This document shows positions 27,216 to 36,204 of a DNA stretch of 64,000 nt, piece after piece. Numbering within the stretch: the stretch's first letter is position 1; each line of letters begins with the position of its first letter. Source of the stretch: Candidatus Sungiibacteriota bacterium. GTDB lineage: Bacteria > Patescibacteriota > Minisyncoccia > Sungbacterales > HO2-52-23. Under the pieces are notes generated by a model that searched no databases, was not told the DNA's origin, and was given only the letters and a program-made list of their open reading frames with translations. The stretch is taken from positions 60,342-124,341 of the forward strand of contig JACPBG010000002.1 in NCBI GenBank assembly GCA_016180435.1. The letters run 5' to 3'. Position numbers and translations under genes: made by a program.

Positions 27216-28199
27216 GTGATTATCGGGCACGAACGGCAAATTGAATATCTGGAAAAAATCATAAGACGCGGGCGCATGTCCCACGCCTATTTATTTTTTG
27301 GTCCGGAACATGTAGGAAAATTCGCATTAGCCAAGGAAATTGCGCGTGTTTTAATGTGCCCGAATAAGAATAAGATCGGCGATGCCGGAGACGGATGCGC
27401 GGATTGCCGTCAAATTGAACAGGATATTCATCCCGGCGTAATAATTCTTGATATTGAACACACTCTTGTCTCCAAGAAAGAAATTCGTAAAGACATTCCG
27501 ATTGAAGATATACGGGAACTGAAACGCCGATTTTCTTTTGCTCCGGAGCAAGGAAAGTGGCGGATCGCTATAATTAATGAAGCGGAGAAATTAAGTGCCG
27601 AGGCCGCCAATGCGTTTTTGAAATTATTGGAAGAGCCGGGAGCGCGGACTCTTTTTTTGCTGGTAAGTTCGACGTATGATTCGGTTTTGCCGACCATTGT
27701 TTCGCGCGCCGAGCCGCTTAGATTTTCTTTGGTGTCAGATGCGATTTTGCGTGAATTTTTAGAACAAAAAAAGATAAGTCAAGATCAACGGGAATCTATT
27801 TTGAAACTTGCGGCCGGGCGCTCCGGGATTGCCATAAGATCCGTCGAGGATCCGTCTTATTTCATAAAACAGAAAAAAATACGGGATGAAATTGAATCAA
27901 TCCTCTCGTGCAAAGATATTCCGTCGGCTCTGGCCCTTACCGAGCGGGTTGCCAAAGACAAGGAGATGTTGAAAACCGCGGCTGATTTTTTGATCCGTTC
28001 ATTGCGCGATAACATCATCGCAACCATTCTGGAGTCCAAGACGTATCATACCAAAGTGGGACGGCTTAAAGAGATCCACCGCATTCTTTCCATAATAGAG
28101 TCCACCAACGTCAATCCGCGTCTGGCTATGGATGTGATGTTGATGGAGGCGTTAACCACTAACAGCACGAACAGCTTTGTCTATGGGTTTAGGTTGTAG
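27216..28199 (+). CDS. holB: DNA polymerase III delta-prime subunit (clamp-loader AAA+); last ~20 codons supplied by repeat E
   Basis: MSHAYLFFGPEHVGKFALAKEIARVLMCP...GCADCRQI; SRAEPLRF. Confidence 0.8.
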   Translation: MIIGHERQIEYLEKIIRRGRMSHAYLFFGPEHVGKFALAKEIARVLMCPNKNKIGDAGDGCADCRQIEQDIHPGVIILDIEHTLVSKKEIRKDIPIEDIRELKRRFSFAPEQGKWRIAIINEAEKLSAEAANAFLKLLEEPGARTLFLLVSSTYDSVLPTIVSRAEPLRFSLVSDAILREFLEQKKISQDQRESILKLAAGRSGIAIRSVEDPSYFIKQKKIRDEIESILSCKDIPSALALTERVAKDKEMLKTAADFLIRSLRDNIIATILESKTYHTKVGRLKEIHRILSIIESTNVNPRLAMDVMLMEALTTNSTNSFVYGFRL

Positions 28200-28275
28200 A
28201 TGCCGGTATGGCGGGAGGGTTTTAGGCATAAGGCCCTAAAACTAATACCCTAAAACCGGACCGGCTTCTAAAACA
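28140..28275. repeat. repeat family E copy 1 (~130 bp), inverted relative to 43141..43270
   Basis: Reverse complement of 28165-28275 aligns base for base, with few mismatches, to gttttagaagccagtctggttttggggtattagttttaaggccttatacctaaaaccc...gcatctacaacctaaacccatagacaa at 43141. Confidence 0.7.
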
Positions 28276-28292
28276 TACACCTCATAACAGTT

Positions 28293-29543
28293 TTGTTGGT
28301 GTTGTTTGCGAAATTGAGAATTTTACTTGCTATTTTAGTTGTTATACTTGTAATTGTCGTTGTCTTCCCGTTTGTTTTGAATATGGCAGGTTTATCTGCG
28401 CCGCAGTTTGCTTTCGTAGGAGATGCGGCAAGCGAACGCGCCGGTGAAGCCGGCATATGGCGTTCGGAAAACGGCGGCATATCCTGGAAAGAAATAAGAT
28501 TTCAAACCGGAGGCAACCCATTGCCGTTATCCATCCATGATTTGACGTTCCATCCCCATTATCGCGATACAGTATTGATGGGAACGCGGGGAAATGGACT
28601 TTGGAAAAGCGATAATAACGGCATGTCATGGAAAAGAATCAATGACCGCGCGGGTATTTTGCAAAATAATGCGGATATTTACGGGGCGGCAGTAAGTCCG
28701 GCAAGCCCCGCGGTTTGGTATGTGGCTGCATATCAAAACGGCCGCGGGGAAGTATTGAAGAGTTTGGACGGCGGATCAAGTTTTGCAAAGATATATCATT
28801 TAAACGGGGGCGGAATTCCGATTGTCGGCCTATTCGCATATGCCGATAATTCTGAGCGGGTTCTTATTGCTACGGCCAATGGCGGTTTTTTGCAGACAAG
28901 CGACGGAGGCGCAAGTTGGGGATCCGTTTCATGGAGTTCCGGAAATATTACAGCCATACGCGTGAACCCGGCAAACCCGGACGAAATAATTATTTGGATA
29001 GCCGGAGGTAAAATAATGCGCTCGCAAGATGGCGGCCTGACTTGGCGTAGTGTTAATTCACCGGACCGGGGCGAAACTTCCGGGATGTTTTCGTATAATG
29101 GTCCGCGCGTGGGACAAGAATCCGCCGGTTTGAGTACTGATTCCTTGCCGCCGGATAATTCATCCAAGCCGGGTTTTCAATTTGATCTTGGAGCGATTTT
29201 TTCACCCTTGAATAAGGGATCCGATGATTTTATAATAAGTCCATCGGATAGGAGAGCGCGTTATTTAAAATCCGGAAGTAATATTTATCGTTCGGGAGAC
29301 GGCGGCGGCTCATGGAATCCGGTCCACACCTCGCTTTCTCCGCGTACGCGTTTGGATGCGGTTGCCGTTGATCCGTTCAATGCTGATAATGTTTTTTTTA
29401 CAGCGTCCGGGGAATTTCATAAGAGTACGGATGGCGGCGCTACGTGGGAAATGCGCGATTTGCCGCCCAATATGAAGGGAAGAATTAGAATATTACGGAT
29501 AAGTACGCATAATCCAGAGATAATGTTTGCGGTGACACAATAA
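28293..29543 (+). CDS. BNR/Asp-box repeat protein, membrane-anchored (Ycf48/sialidase-like beta-propeller)
   Basis: Seven S-x-D-x-G-x-T/S-W boxes: SENGGISW, SDNNGMSW, SLDGGSSF, TSDGGASW, SQDGGLTW, SGDGGGSW, STDGGATW; N-terminal TM. Confidence 0.7.
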   Translation: MLVLFAKLRILLAILVVILVIVVVFPFVLNMAGLSAPQFAFVGDAASERAGEAGIWRSENGGISWKEIRFQTGGNPLPLSIHDLTFHPHYRDTVLMGTRGNGLWKSDNNGMSWKRINDRAGILQNNADIYGAAVSPASPAVWYVAAYQNGRGEVLKSLDGGSSFAKIYHLNGGGIPIVGLFAYADNSERVLIATANGGFLQTSDGGASWGSVSWSSGNITAIRVNPANPDEIIIWIAGGKIMRSQDGGLTWRSVNSPDRGETSGMFSYNGPRVGQESAGLSTDSLPPDNSSKPGFQFDLGAIFSPLNKGSDDFIISPSDRRARYLKSGSNIYRSGDGGGSWNPVHTSLSPRTRLDAVAVDPFNADNVFFTASGEFHKSTDGGATWEMRDLPPNMKGRIRILRISTHNPEIMFAVTQ

Positions 29544-29547
29544 AAGC

Positions 29548-29671
29548 AGTGATGCCAATCCTATGCGAATTTAATGCCAAGCTGGCGAATTGCGAATAAT
29601 TATTAGCATAATTAGCAATTTGTAGATTAGCATAAGATTTGTAGATTTGCATCATTGCGGTGCGAAGCACA
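29548..29671 (+). repeat. repeat family B copy 2, leader upstream of frr
   Basis: agtgatgccaatcctatgcgaatttaatgccaagctggcgaattgcgaat...tttgtagatttgcatcattgcggtgcgaagcacaATG. Confidence 0.7.
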
Positions 29672-30214
29672 ATGCTGGAGTTTAAAGTAAAACTTGAAAA
29701 AATAATTGAGCATCTCAAAACCGAGATCGCGTCTTTGCGCACCGGACGGGCAAGTCCGGCGCTGGTGGAGGATTTGGAAGTGGATTATTACGGCGCCAAG
29801 ACCCCGTTAAAAGCCGTGGCAGCAATTTCCTCTCCCGATGCTCGCCAGATTTTAATTCAGCCCTGGGATAAAAATGCGGTTCAGCCCATTGAGCGCGCGA
29901 TTCAGTCCTCGTCACTCGGGTTAAATCCTATTACGGATAAGGATTCCATCCGCCTTTCAATTCCTTCGCTTACCGAGGAGCGCAGAAGAGAGCTCACCAA
30001 AATTTTGGGGAAACACCTGGAAGAAGCGCGGATTGCGGTGCGGCGCGATCGGGAAGAAATGTTGAGAGAAATTGATAAACAGGAGAAAGACAAAAAAATT
30101 TCTGAAGATGAAAAATTCAGGCAGAAGCATGAAGCGCAGAAGATAATTGATGAGATAAATAAAAAAATAGAGGATATGGGGAAGGCGAAAGAGAAGGAGA
30201 TTATGACGGTATGA
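29672..30214 (+). CDS. frr: ribosome recycling factor
   Basis: MLEFKVKLEKIIEHLKTEIASLRTGRASPALVEDLEVDYYGAKTPLKAVAAISSPDARQILIQPWDK. Confidence 0.9.
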   Translation: MLEFKVKLEKIIEHLKTEIASLRTGRASPALVEDLEVDYYGAKTPLKAVAAISSPDARQILIQPWDKNAVQPIERAIQSSSLGLNPITDKDSIRLSIPSLTEERRRELTKILGKHLEEARIAVRRDREEMLREIDKQEKDKKISEDEKFRQKHEAQKIIDEINKKIEDMGKAKEKEIMTV

Positions 30215-30227
30215 TGTATTTGCTTAG

Positions 30228-30400
30228 ATATTTCAATTTTCAAACACGATTTGCTCGGAAACTACTTTTAAAAAACTTCGCGCCGACCCACCGTGTCGGC
30301 GCTCATCACGGGTCGGCCTCACTCGTTTCGCTTCGCTCAACACCGTGGCCGTTCGGCCTCCCAGTGTTTTTAAAAGCAGTTTTCCTCGCCTGCTGTATTG
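30228..30400. repeat. degenerate family-A-like structured element
   Basis: tttcaaacacg...cgggtcggcc...ggcctcccagtgtttttaaaag parallels the A-family termini and core. Confidence 0.35.
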
Positions 30401-30431
30401 TTTCAGTTAATTTTATTCAAGGGAGGTAGAT

Positions 30432-30463
30432 GGGTTTGCTGAATGTAGCCGCCTGCGGCTTGT
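30432..30463 (+). repeat. conserved motif GGGTTTGCTGAATGTAGCCGC plus hairpin, copy 1 of 3
   Basis: gggtttgctgaatgtagccgcctgcggcttgtttgt; preceded by GGGAGG; copies at 31251 and 34452. Confidence 0.55.
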
Positions 30464-30532
30464 TTGTAATATTCAATAAATTATGATATTATATTTAGGT
30501 TGCCGCTATATGGGCGCAAAAGAGGAGGTTCT

Positions 30533-30961
30533 ATGTTAGGAACCGTATTTCTGCTTTTGGCTATTTATCAGATTAAGCACTTTCTTGCCGATTTCCCTTT
30601 ACAAACGGAATATATGTTGGGCAAATTTAAGGATGGCTGGGGGTTTCTGCCGCCTCTCTTGGCACATGCAGGCGTTCACGCGGTCTTTACCATAATTATC
30701 GTGGCATACTTTAGTGGATCATTATATTTGGCGTTCGCGTTGGGGGTATTTGACTTTGTCATACACTTTTTTATGGATAGAATCAAAGCCGGCGGTAAAT
30801 ATCTTGGCCGATATAAAGCGCTTACTGCCAAAGAATATATATTGGCAACTCCAAAACAAAAGCAACATAACAAATTCTTCTGGTGGTCATTGGGTTTGGA
30901 TCAAATGGTTCACCACTTTACACATTACACGATAATTGTTTGTATAATCACATTGCCATAA
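30533..30961 (+). CDS. DUF3307-like small multi-pass membrane protein
   Basis: MLGTVFLLLAIYQIKHFLADFPLQTEYM...; four hydrophobic segments. Start taken at ATG 30533. Confidence 0.45.
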   Translation: MLGTVFLLLAIYQIKHFLADFPLQTEYMLGKFKDGWGFLPPLLAHAGVHAVFTIIIVAYFSGSLYLAFALGVFDFVIHFFMDRIKAGGKYLGRYKALTAKEYILATPKQKQHNKFFWWSLGLDQMVHHFTHYTIIVCIITLP

Positions 30962-30974
30962 GCAATATGGTTTC

Positions 30975-31090
30975 TATTTTTTGTGTCGAATCAGATTCGG
31001 CACATTTCATTTTAAAACACGTTCGGTTCGTTCAGCGACGAACCTCACTAAGCATCCGGCGATTCGCCGAGCACTCAATTTATCCCAAAA
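30975..31090. repeat. degenerate family-A-like element
   Basis: ttttaaaacacgttcgg...ctcactaagcatccggcg... resembles tttcagacacg...ctcgctaagggtcggcg. Confidence 0.25.
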
Positions 31091-31250
31091 TAGTTCCCGA
31101 GCCAGTCGAGGGACTACCTTTAGGGAAGTAAGTGTTGTAACAATAGGTTGAGTGTTCGGACCATGCCGAATCGCTTTCTGATTGTTTTAAAATCATATTG
31201 CCTCAGACCGCATCGCTCGCTTAAAATTTTTACTCAATGAAGAAAAAAGG

Positions 31251-31283
31251 GGGTTTGCTGAATGTAGCCGCCTGCTTGTCTAT
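31251..31283 (+). repeat. GGGTTTGCTGAATGTAGCCGC motif, copy 2
   Basis: gggggtttgctgaatgtagccgcctgcttgtc. Confidence 0.5.
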
Positions 31284-31331
31284 CCGAAGTCGAAAGGCAT
31301 AGGAGGGCGGCGGCCTCTTATATAAAAATTC

Positions 31332-31356
31332 CACCCGACTGGATGCCGGGTGGCAC
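31332..31356 (-). terminator. terminator hairpin of paralog P2, conserved with 26703..26727
   Basis: - strand: cacccggcatccagtcgggtgg followed by aattttt. Confidence 0.55.
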
Positions 31357-31389
31357 ATATTGATTGCGGCGGCGGAGGCGGGGAAACTA

Positions 31390-31875
31390 TTACTTCCAAG
31401 ACACGCTTGCGTTACAGCCGTAGCCAATCGCGCAACTGTAGGCCATCGCGGTTTTTGTATGGCTGAGAGAAATACTGTAATCTCTGGTGGCAAGTAGAAG
31501 AGAAATACCACGATCGTTAAGGAAGATTTTGAATGCATTCTCGACGTCCTCTGCTCCGCCTATATATGATTCTTTAAACGGGTGCTGTGTGCGGGCCGTA
31601 GAAATAACAGGCGGTTGGTCAAGGGGGAATATAGATTTTCCGTCTTCCTTGTTATCCACGGTTACATAGAAGAGCTCATCATCCCTGCGGATGATAGTGA
31701 TGTCGGCATCGCCATCCGTTACTAACTTTATTTTTGGCCTACGGAATCTGTTGTCGAGGAATTGCCTCAATTCCATCTGGCAGTTACCCCCAAATTGTGT
31801 CGGTTGATGACTGTTGTCACTGGTTATGGCCTCCAAAACGCGCATATTATTCAATCGCATGGCATCTAAATTCAT
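31390..31875 (-). CDS. hypothetical protein, paralog P2 of 26761..27153
   Basis: RBS AGGAGG 8 nt before the ATG; shares the TDGDA-I-I motif and an M-N/D-L N-terminus with P1. Confidence 0.45.
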   Translation of the reverse strand: MNLDAMRLNNMRVLEAITSDNSHQPTQFGGNCQMELRQFLDNRFRRPKIKLVTDGDADITIIRRDDELFYVTVDNKEDGKSIFPLDQPPVISTARTQHPFKESYIGGAEDVENAFKIFLNDRGISLLLATRDYSISLSHTKTAMAYSCAIGYGCNASVSWK

Positions 31876-31925
31876 AAAAGAACCTCCTAAATTTGATTAC
31901 ATCATCATAACAAATTTTAAATCAA

Positions 31926-32666
31926 ATGTCAATAGTTCGGAAAAAACAGCGGTTGGAGGAGATACTTATAGAAAAAGGATTGGCAACGGATAAAAAAGAG
32001 GCGTTTATTATGGTTACCGAAGGGAACGTGTTGGTGGACGGCGTTAAAATGGTTTCTCCGGCGCAGATGGTGAAGCCGGATGCGGAAATTAAAATTCGCG
32101 GCCATTTGCAATACGTGGGAAGGGGAGCGCTGAAACTTGCAGGCGCGCTGGAAAAATTCGGGAAAGACGTTTCCGGTAAAATTTGTGCGGACATCGGGTC
32201 GGCCACCGGAGGATTTACGGAGGTTTTGCTGCAGCATGGAGCAAAAAATGTCTATGCCATTGATACTGCCCAGGGAAAACTTGCGCCGAAACTTCGGGAT
32301 GATCCGCGTGTTTTCGTAATGGAGGGAATGGATGTGCGCGACATAAAAGAATTGCCTGAAAAAATTGATATCGCTGTAATAGATATATCGCTTATTCCGC
32401 TTGAAGGTATTTTGCCGTCAATCAAGAAATTTCTAAAGGAAGGCGGAGAAGTGATTGCGCTTTTCAAGCCGCAATATCAGACCCGCAACCCGAAATTATT
32501 GCGTCACGGTATCATAAAGGATGATGCGGCGCGGCAAGGGCTGCTGGATGATTTTGTCGTATGGGCAAAAGACAGCGGATGGGATATAATTGGACAAATG
32601 GTGTCGCCGATTAAAGGAGGAGAAGGAAATACGGAATTTTTGCTTCACCTAAAGCAAAAATTATAG
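31926..32666 (+). CDS. tlyA: TlyA-family rRNA 2'-O-methyltransferase (S4 domain plus FtsJ-like MTase)
   Basis: RLEEILIEKGLATDKKEAFIMVTEGNVLVDG; DIGSATGGFTEVLLQHGAKNVYAIDTAQGKL. Confidence 0.8.
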   Translation: MSIVRKKQRLEEILIEKGLATDKKEAFIMVTEGNVLVDGVKMVSPAQMVKPDAEIKIRGHLQYVGRGALKLAGALEKFGKDVSGKICADIGSATGGFTEVLLQHGAKNVYAIDTAQGKLAPKLRDDPRVFVMEGMDVRDIKELPEKIDIAVIDISLIPLEGILPSIKKFLKEGGEVIALFKPQYQTRNPKLLRHGIIKDDAARQGLLDDFVVWAKDSGWDIIGQMVSPIKGGEGNTEFLLHLKQKL

Positions 32667-32738
32667 AATATTTAATTGCTCTAATTATTTTACTTGACCT
32701 GATAATTTTAAATTTTATGATTCTTAAAAACAATTTAT

Positions 32739-33056
32739 ATGCCTAAAGAAAATAAATTCAACAAGCCTTCAGAAGAAATCTTTCCCCGGCCTGAGAAGAA
32801 AGTGGTTTTTCTTATGAAACTAAGAAAAGAACTAAAAGTGTTTAGTGATTCGGTATTAGTAATCGATATGGCGAAATATAACGAAGAAAATAACCCACAC
32901 GGGGAAAGAGCAGACATAGCTGTATTGGTAAAGAAAAATCTTAAAGATGTAAAAGATTATCTTGAGGGCGAAGCTGGATTTAAAATAATAAGGGAAGGCC
33001 CAAGCCCAATATTTAGTAAAGATGATACTGCGTTTTGGCTCAAGATAACCGATTGA
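32739..33056 (+). CDS. hypothetical protein (AT-rich)
   Basis: 105-aa ORF; no motif recognised. Confidence 0.3.
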   Translation: MPKENKFNKPSEEIFPRPEKKVVFLMKLRKELKVFSDSVLVIDMAKYNEENNPHGERADIAVLVKKNLKDVKDYLEGEAGFKIIREGPSPIFSKDDTAFWLKITD

Positions 33057-33095
33057 AGTGCCGTATGGGCGGCTTCTATTTTAGTCGAAGTAATT

Positions 33096-34166
33096 ATGAT
33101 TACACTTATTCTTATTATTGTCGTAATTAGTATCCTCATTTTGGTCCACGAATGGGGTCATTTTTATTCGGCGCGGCGCCTGGGCATTAAAGTCGAGGAA
33201 TTCGGATTCGGGTTTCCGCCCAAAGTTTTTTCCCGTGTTAAAAACGGCATTACTTATTCTTTCAATCTTCTGCCTTTCGGCGGTTTCGTAAGGATTTTCG
33301 GGGAACACGGAGAAGGCGAAGGAGAAACGGATAGTTTTATTTCCCGCCCGCCCTGGCAAAGATTCATTATTCTGGGCGCGGGAGTATTTATGAATTTGGT
33401 GCTTGCCTGGGTATTTTTTAGCGCAGGCAGCGTTGCCGGGGTTCCGCGTCTTAGCGATGATGAAAATTTATCCGGCGTACCCGTGTCTATTATAGGGGTT
33501 ATGCCCGATTCTCCGGCTATGCAGGCCGGCATAAGATTTGGGGATGCGATTTTTGAACTGCGCTCGCGTGATATCTCGCTTCGGGTTGAGACGGAGGATG
33601 ATGTGCGGGATTTTGTTGCGGCATATCGCGGCGAGGAAATAACCATGGTACTTAAGCGGGGGAGCGAAATCCGCGAGGTATTTCTTAGGCCGAGGGTAAA
33701 TGTTCCGGAGGGAGAGGGGCCAATCGGAGTGGCGCTGGGCAGGATTGAATTTATAAAGACATCTTGGTATCTGGCGCCGATTGAAGGCGGGAGGGTTTTG
33801 GTCAGGACAGTGAGCGCGACTGTATCGGGTTTTTGGGAATTAATCAGGGAGCTTGCGGTATCCGGCCGGGCTCCGGTTGCGGTTTCGGGTCCGGTTGGGA
33901 TTTTTTTTGTGGCTGATGATACGCGCTCGCTCGGTGTTACTTACTTTCTGCAATTTATCGGGATTTTGTCGGTGAATTTGGCGATTTTGAATTTTTTGCC
34001 TATTCCGGCGCTGGATGGAGGCAGGGTGCTGTTTTTGGTGATAGAAAAAATAAAAGGCAGCCGCGTGGATCCCCGTGTTGAGAATATGATCCATGCCGCG
34101 GGATTTGTGCTTTTGGTGGTTCTTATGATTTTGGTGACGTATCGGGATGTTGTAAAGATTTTGTGA
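33096..34166 (+). CDS. rseP: RIP site-2 zinc metalloprotease RseP-like
   Basis: HEWGHF (HExxH) in TM1, PDZ-like middle region, C-terminal NFLPIPALDGG. Confidence 0.85.
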   Translation: MITLILIIVVISILILVHEWGHFYSARRLGIKVEEFGFGFPPKVFSRVKNGITYSFNLLPFGGFVRIFGEHGEGEGETDSFISRPPWQRFIILGAGVFMNLVLAWVFFSAGSVAGVPRLSDDENLSGVPVSIIGVMPDSPAMQAGIRFGDAIFELRSRDISLRVETEDDVRDFVAAYRGEEITMVLKRGSEIREVFLRPRVNVPEGEGPIGVALGRIEFIKTSWYLAPIEGGRVLVRTVSATVSGFWELIRELAVSGRAPVAVSGPVGIFFVADDTRSLGVTYFLQFIGILSVNLAILNFLPIPALDGGRVLFLVIEKIKGSRVDPRVENMIHAAGFVLLVVLMILVTYRDVVKIL

Positions 34167-34294
34167 TGGGAAAAATTGTATTTTGCTCGGCAACATTATT
34201 TTGAAACATTTTTATTCGCCCTGCAGCCATAAATTTTCCAGAACTCCTATTCGGACAAAAATAATCGCTTCATACCCCGCATTTTTTAACGGGC

Positions 34295-34345
34295 TTCGGC
34301 CGCTCCGGCGGCGGCCTGCAGGGTCGGCGACTCGCTCATGCGTAA
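34295..34345. repeat. partial family-A element (5' half)
   Basis: cggccgctccggcggcggcctgcagggtcggcga versus ccgctccggcggcggtctcgctaagggtcggaca. Confidence 0.4.
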
Positions 34346-34451
34346 TCATACCGAACCTACGTTAATGGAAAATTTCCGGCAAACAGGGCTCGCTTTATTT
34401 GATTTTTAGAATCAAATTGTCTCGTTGTAATTTTTCCTCATTGTGGAGTAG

Positions 34452-34491
34452 GGAGTTTGCTGAATGTAGCCGCGTTGCGCGGCTTTTTTAT
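34452..34491 (+). terminator. GGGTTTGCTGAATGTAGCCGC motif, copy 3, forming a terminator
   Basis: gggagtttgctgaatgtagccgcgttgcgcggcttttttatt. Confidence 0.55.
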
Positions 34492-34502
34492 TGATTTTTA
34501 AA

Positions 34503-34544
34503 CTGTATCTAAAATTACGCTTAAGCGTAATTTTAGATACAGTT
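34503..34544. promoter_or_regulatory. perfect 20-bp-arm palindrome, operator or terminator candidate
   Basis: ctgtatctaaaattacgcttaagcgtaattttagatacag. Confidence 0.5.
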
Positions 34545-34621
34545 ATTTCTGTGGAAAACTTTGGTTGAAAGTATTATGGGTGCGTGCTATTATCCTTTTC
34601 AGATCGTTGAGGAGTATTGAT

Positions 34622-34876
34622 ATGAAAGAACAGCCGAAGCAAATTCCGCATCCGAGAGACGGAAAAGTGTGGGTTAATGAGACAACCGAGGCTTGGCGTA
34701 AAGATGAGTGTTTGTGTCTGAACGGGTGTGCGAATATGAAACCCGGTCAGCCGGATCATTGCCAGATCGCCCAGCGTCTTTTTGATGCGTGCGTAGATGG
34801 GCGAGCGGCGCTTATGGTTACGCGCTGCGGTCTCTATAAGCCGGTCAAGGCGGACCCCGTGTTAACTTGTTCATAA
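34622..34876 (+). CDS. small Cys-rich hypothetical protein
   Basis: ORF 34565..34876; start taken at ATG 34622 (MKEQPKQIPH...); 8 Cys in 85 aa. Confidence 0.3.
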   Translation: MKEQPKQIPHPRDGKVWVNETTEAWRKDECLCLNGCANMKPGQPDHCQIAQRLFDACVDGRAALMVTRCGLYKPVKADPVLTCS

Positions 34877-34908
34877 AAAAAGCGGGCAGAAAATTCTGTC
34901 CGCTATTA

Positions 34909-35439
34909 TTATTTTACTTCAATTTGGATTTCATAAGAGAAGAGCACTTCCTCGCTCTTCACGACTCGGAAACGGATGACAGCATCTCCGAATGCCATCT
35001 TTTTGGAAATGTCGCCGGGTATCGAGATTGAATAATGGTTTTTTCCTCCATCGGTTTGAAAATCATCCCAAAGTATTCGCACTCGGTTTTCGTCGTTCTC
35101 TCCCTTTTCGATAACCTCGTGGAGAAATGTACATTTTTTTTCACTCCGGCGCGAACAAGGACTTTTTAAGCCGTCTCGGAGTGTGATTGCTATCCATACT
35201 CTGTATTCATCGCCGAGATATAAATATGTTTTGGGAAGTGGGGCGTGAATGAGGTGGATGGGTTGACTATTGCGGACTTGAAAATACCCATCCATCATCT
35301 GGAAAATGTATTGCTCTTGCGGTTTTTCTTGCGCAAGTGCTAAACGGAGTGTTAATTGTCCTGCAAACGCGAAGAGCGTAGAAATAAAGGCAAGTGCGAT
35401 TGAAAACCGATGCCATCGTAGAGTCAATTTTGTTTTCAT
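34909..35439 (-). CDS. secreted or membrane-anchored hypothetical protein
   Basis: ORF 34909..35505; start taken at MKTKLTLRWHRFSIALAFISTLFAFAG (signal-peptide-like). Confidence 0.4.
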   Translation of the reverse strand: MKTKLTLRWHRFSIALAFISTLFAFAGQLTLRLALAQEKPQEQYIFQMMDGYFQVRNSQPIHLIHAPLPKTYLYLGDEYRVWIAITLRDGLKSPCSRRSEKKCTFLHEVIEKGENDENRVRILWDDFQTDGGKNHYSISIPGDISKKMAFGDAVIRFRVVKSEEVLFSYEIQIEVK

Positions 35440-35603
35440 CTTTTTTCCGCCACGTGAAGGTACTATTGAAATGGTATGGCTGGGGATAAATAAAGTCAAA
35501 TACAAATACTTGCATTGTTAGTACAGTTATGCTATACTGTAATGTATAAGCTTAGTATTAAAACAATATAGGTCTTAGATATCAACATTTCTGTTGATGT
35601 TGA

Positions 35604-35706
35604 CCCCGTTAGAAAGAAACAAACATAGTAGTTCCAAAATTCCAAGCAATTTTTAACACAAGCCACGAATACGGCAATTAAAAACCTTTGTTTTTTTCTA
35701 ACGGGG
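35604..35706. repeat. repeat family D copy 1: CCCCGTTAGAA...TTCTAACGGGG terminal inverted repeats around ~80 nt of unique sequence
   Basis: ccccgttagaaagaaac...tttttttctaacgggg; same termini at 61000..61105 with unrelated interior. Confidence 0.6.
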
Positions 35707-35716
35707 TTGAAAGGCC

Positions 35717-35835
35717 ATCCATACTCCCAACTTTTTGCATCCGGAGTTTCAGCTTATGATTCAGCAATGAATTAAGACGCTAAAGGTATACGAAATCCTA
35801 CAGCAAATAGAGCACGGCTGCAAAAAGTTGGGAGG
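35717..35835. repeat. long hairpin: 15-bp inverted repeat enclosing ~80 nt
   Basis: ctcccaactttttgc ... gcaaaaagttgggag. Confidence 0.5.
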
Positions 35836-36003
35836 ACAAGTTTTAAGAGGAGCGAGGTCGTTAATAGTCAGAAAATTCGAAATTCGAATAATGAAATTCG
35901 AAACAAATCCCAAATCATAAATTCAAATGTTTCAAACGTTTAGAATTTAGAATTTTGATATTGTTTAGAATTTAGAATTTAGAGTTTCGGATTTAGTATT
36001 ATA

Positions 36004-36204
36004 GTGGCTTTTCAAGATCAACAGGGAGGATTCCAGGATGATCGCCCGAAATACGACATCACCTGTTCCAAATGTGGTAATCAAGGAACGGTTCCGTTCC
36101 CGCCCACACCGGGACGCGATGTCTTCTGCCGCGATTGTTTCCGTCAGAATAATCCGAATCCCCGCCGCGAATTTCGCGGACGCGGAGGATACGGATCAAG
36201 ATAA
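36004..36204 (+). CDS. small zinc-ribbon protein (CxxC-x17-PPTP-x5-CxxC, YacG-like pattern), standalone version of the ribbon found in the large Cys-rich paralogs
   Basis: CSKCGNQGTVPFPPTPGRDVFCRDC parallels CQNCKNEF...VPPPTWCPECR at 38815 and 41377. GTG start with no RBS. An overlapping frame (36038..36235) has a strong RBS (GGGAGGA) but a non-protein-like product. Confidence 0.35.
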   Translation: MAFQDQQGGFQDDRPKYDITCSKCGNQGTVPFPPTPGRDVFCRDCFRQNNPNPRREFRGRGGYGSR

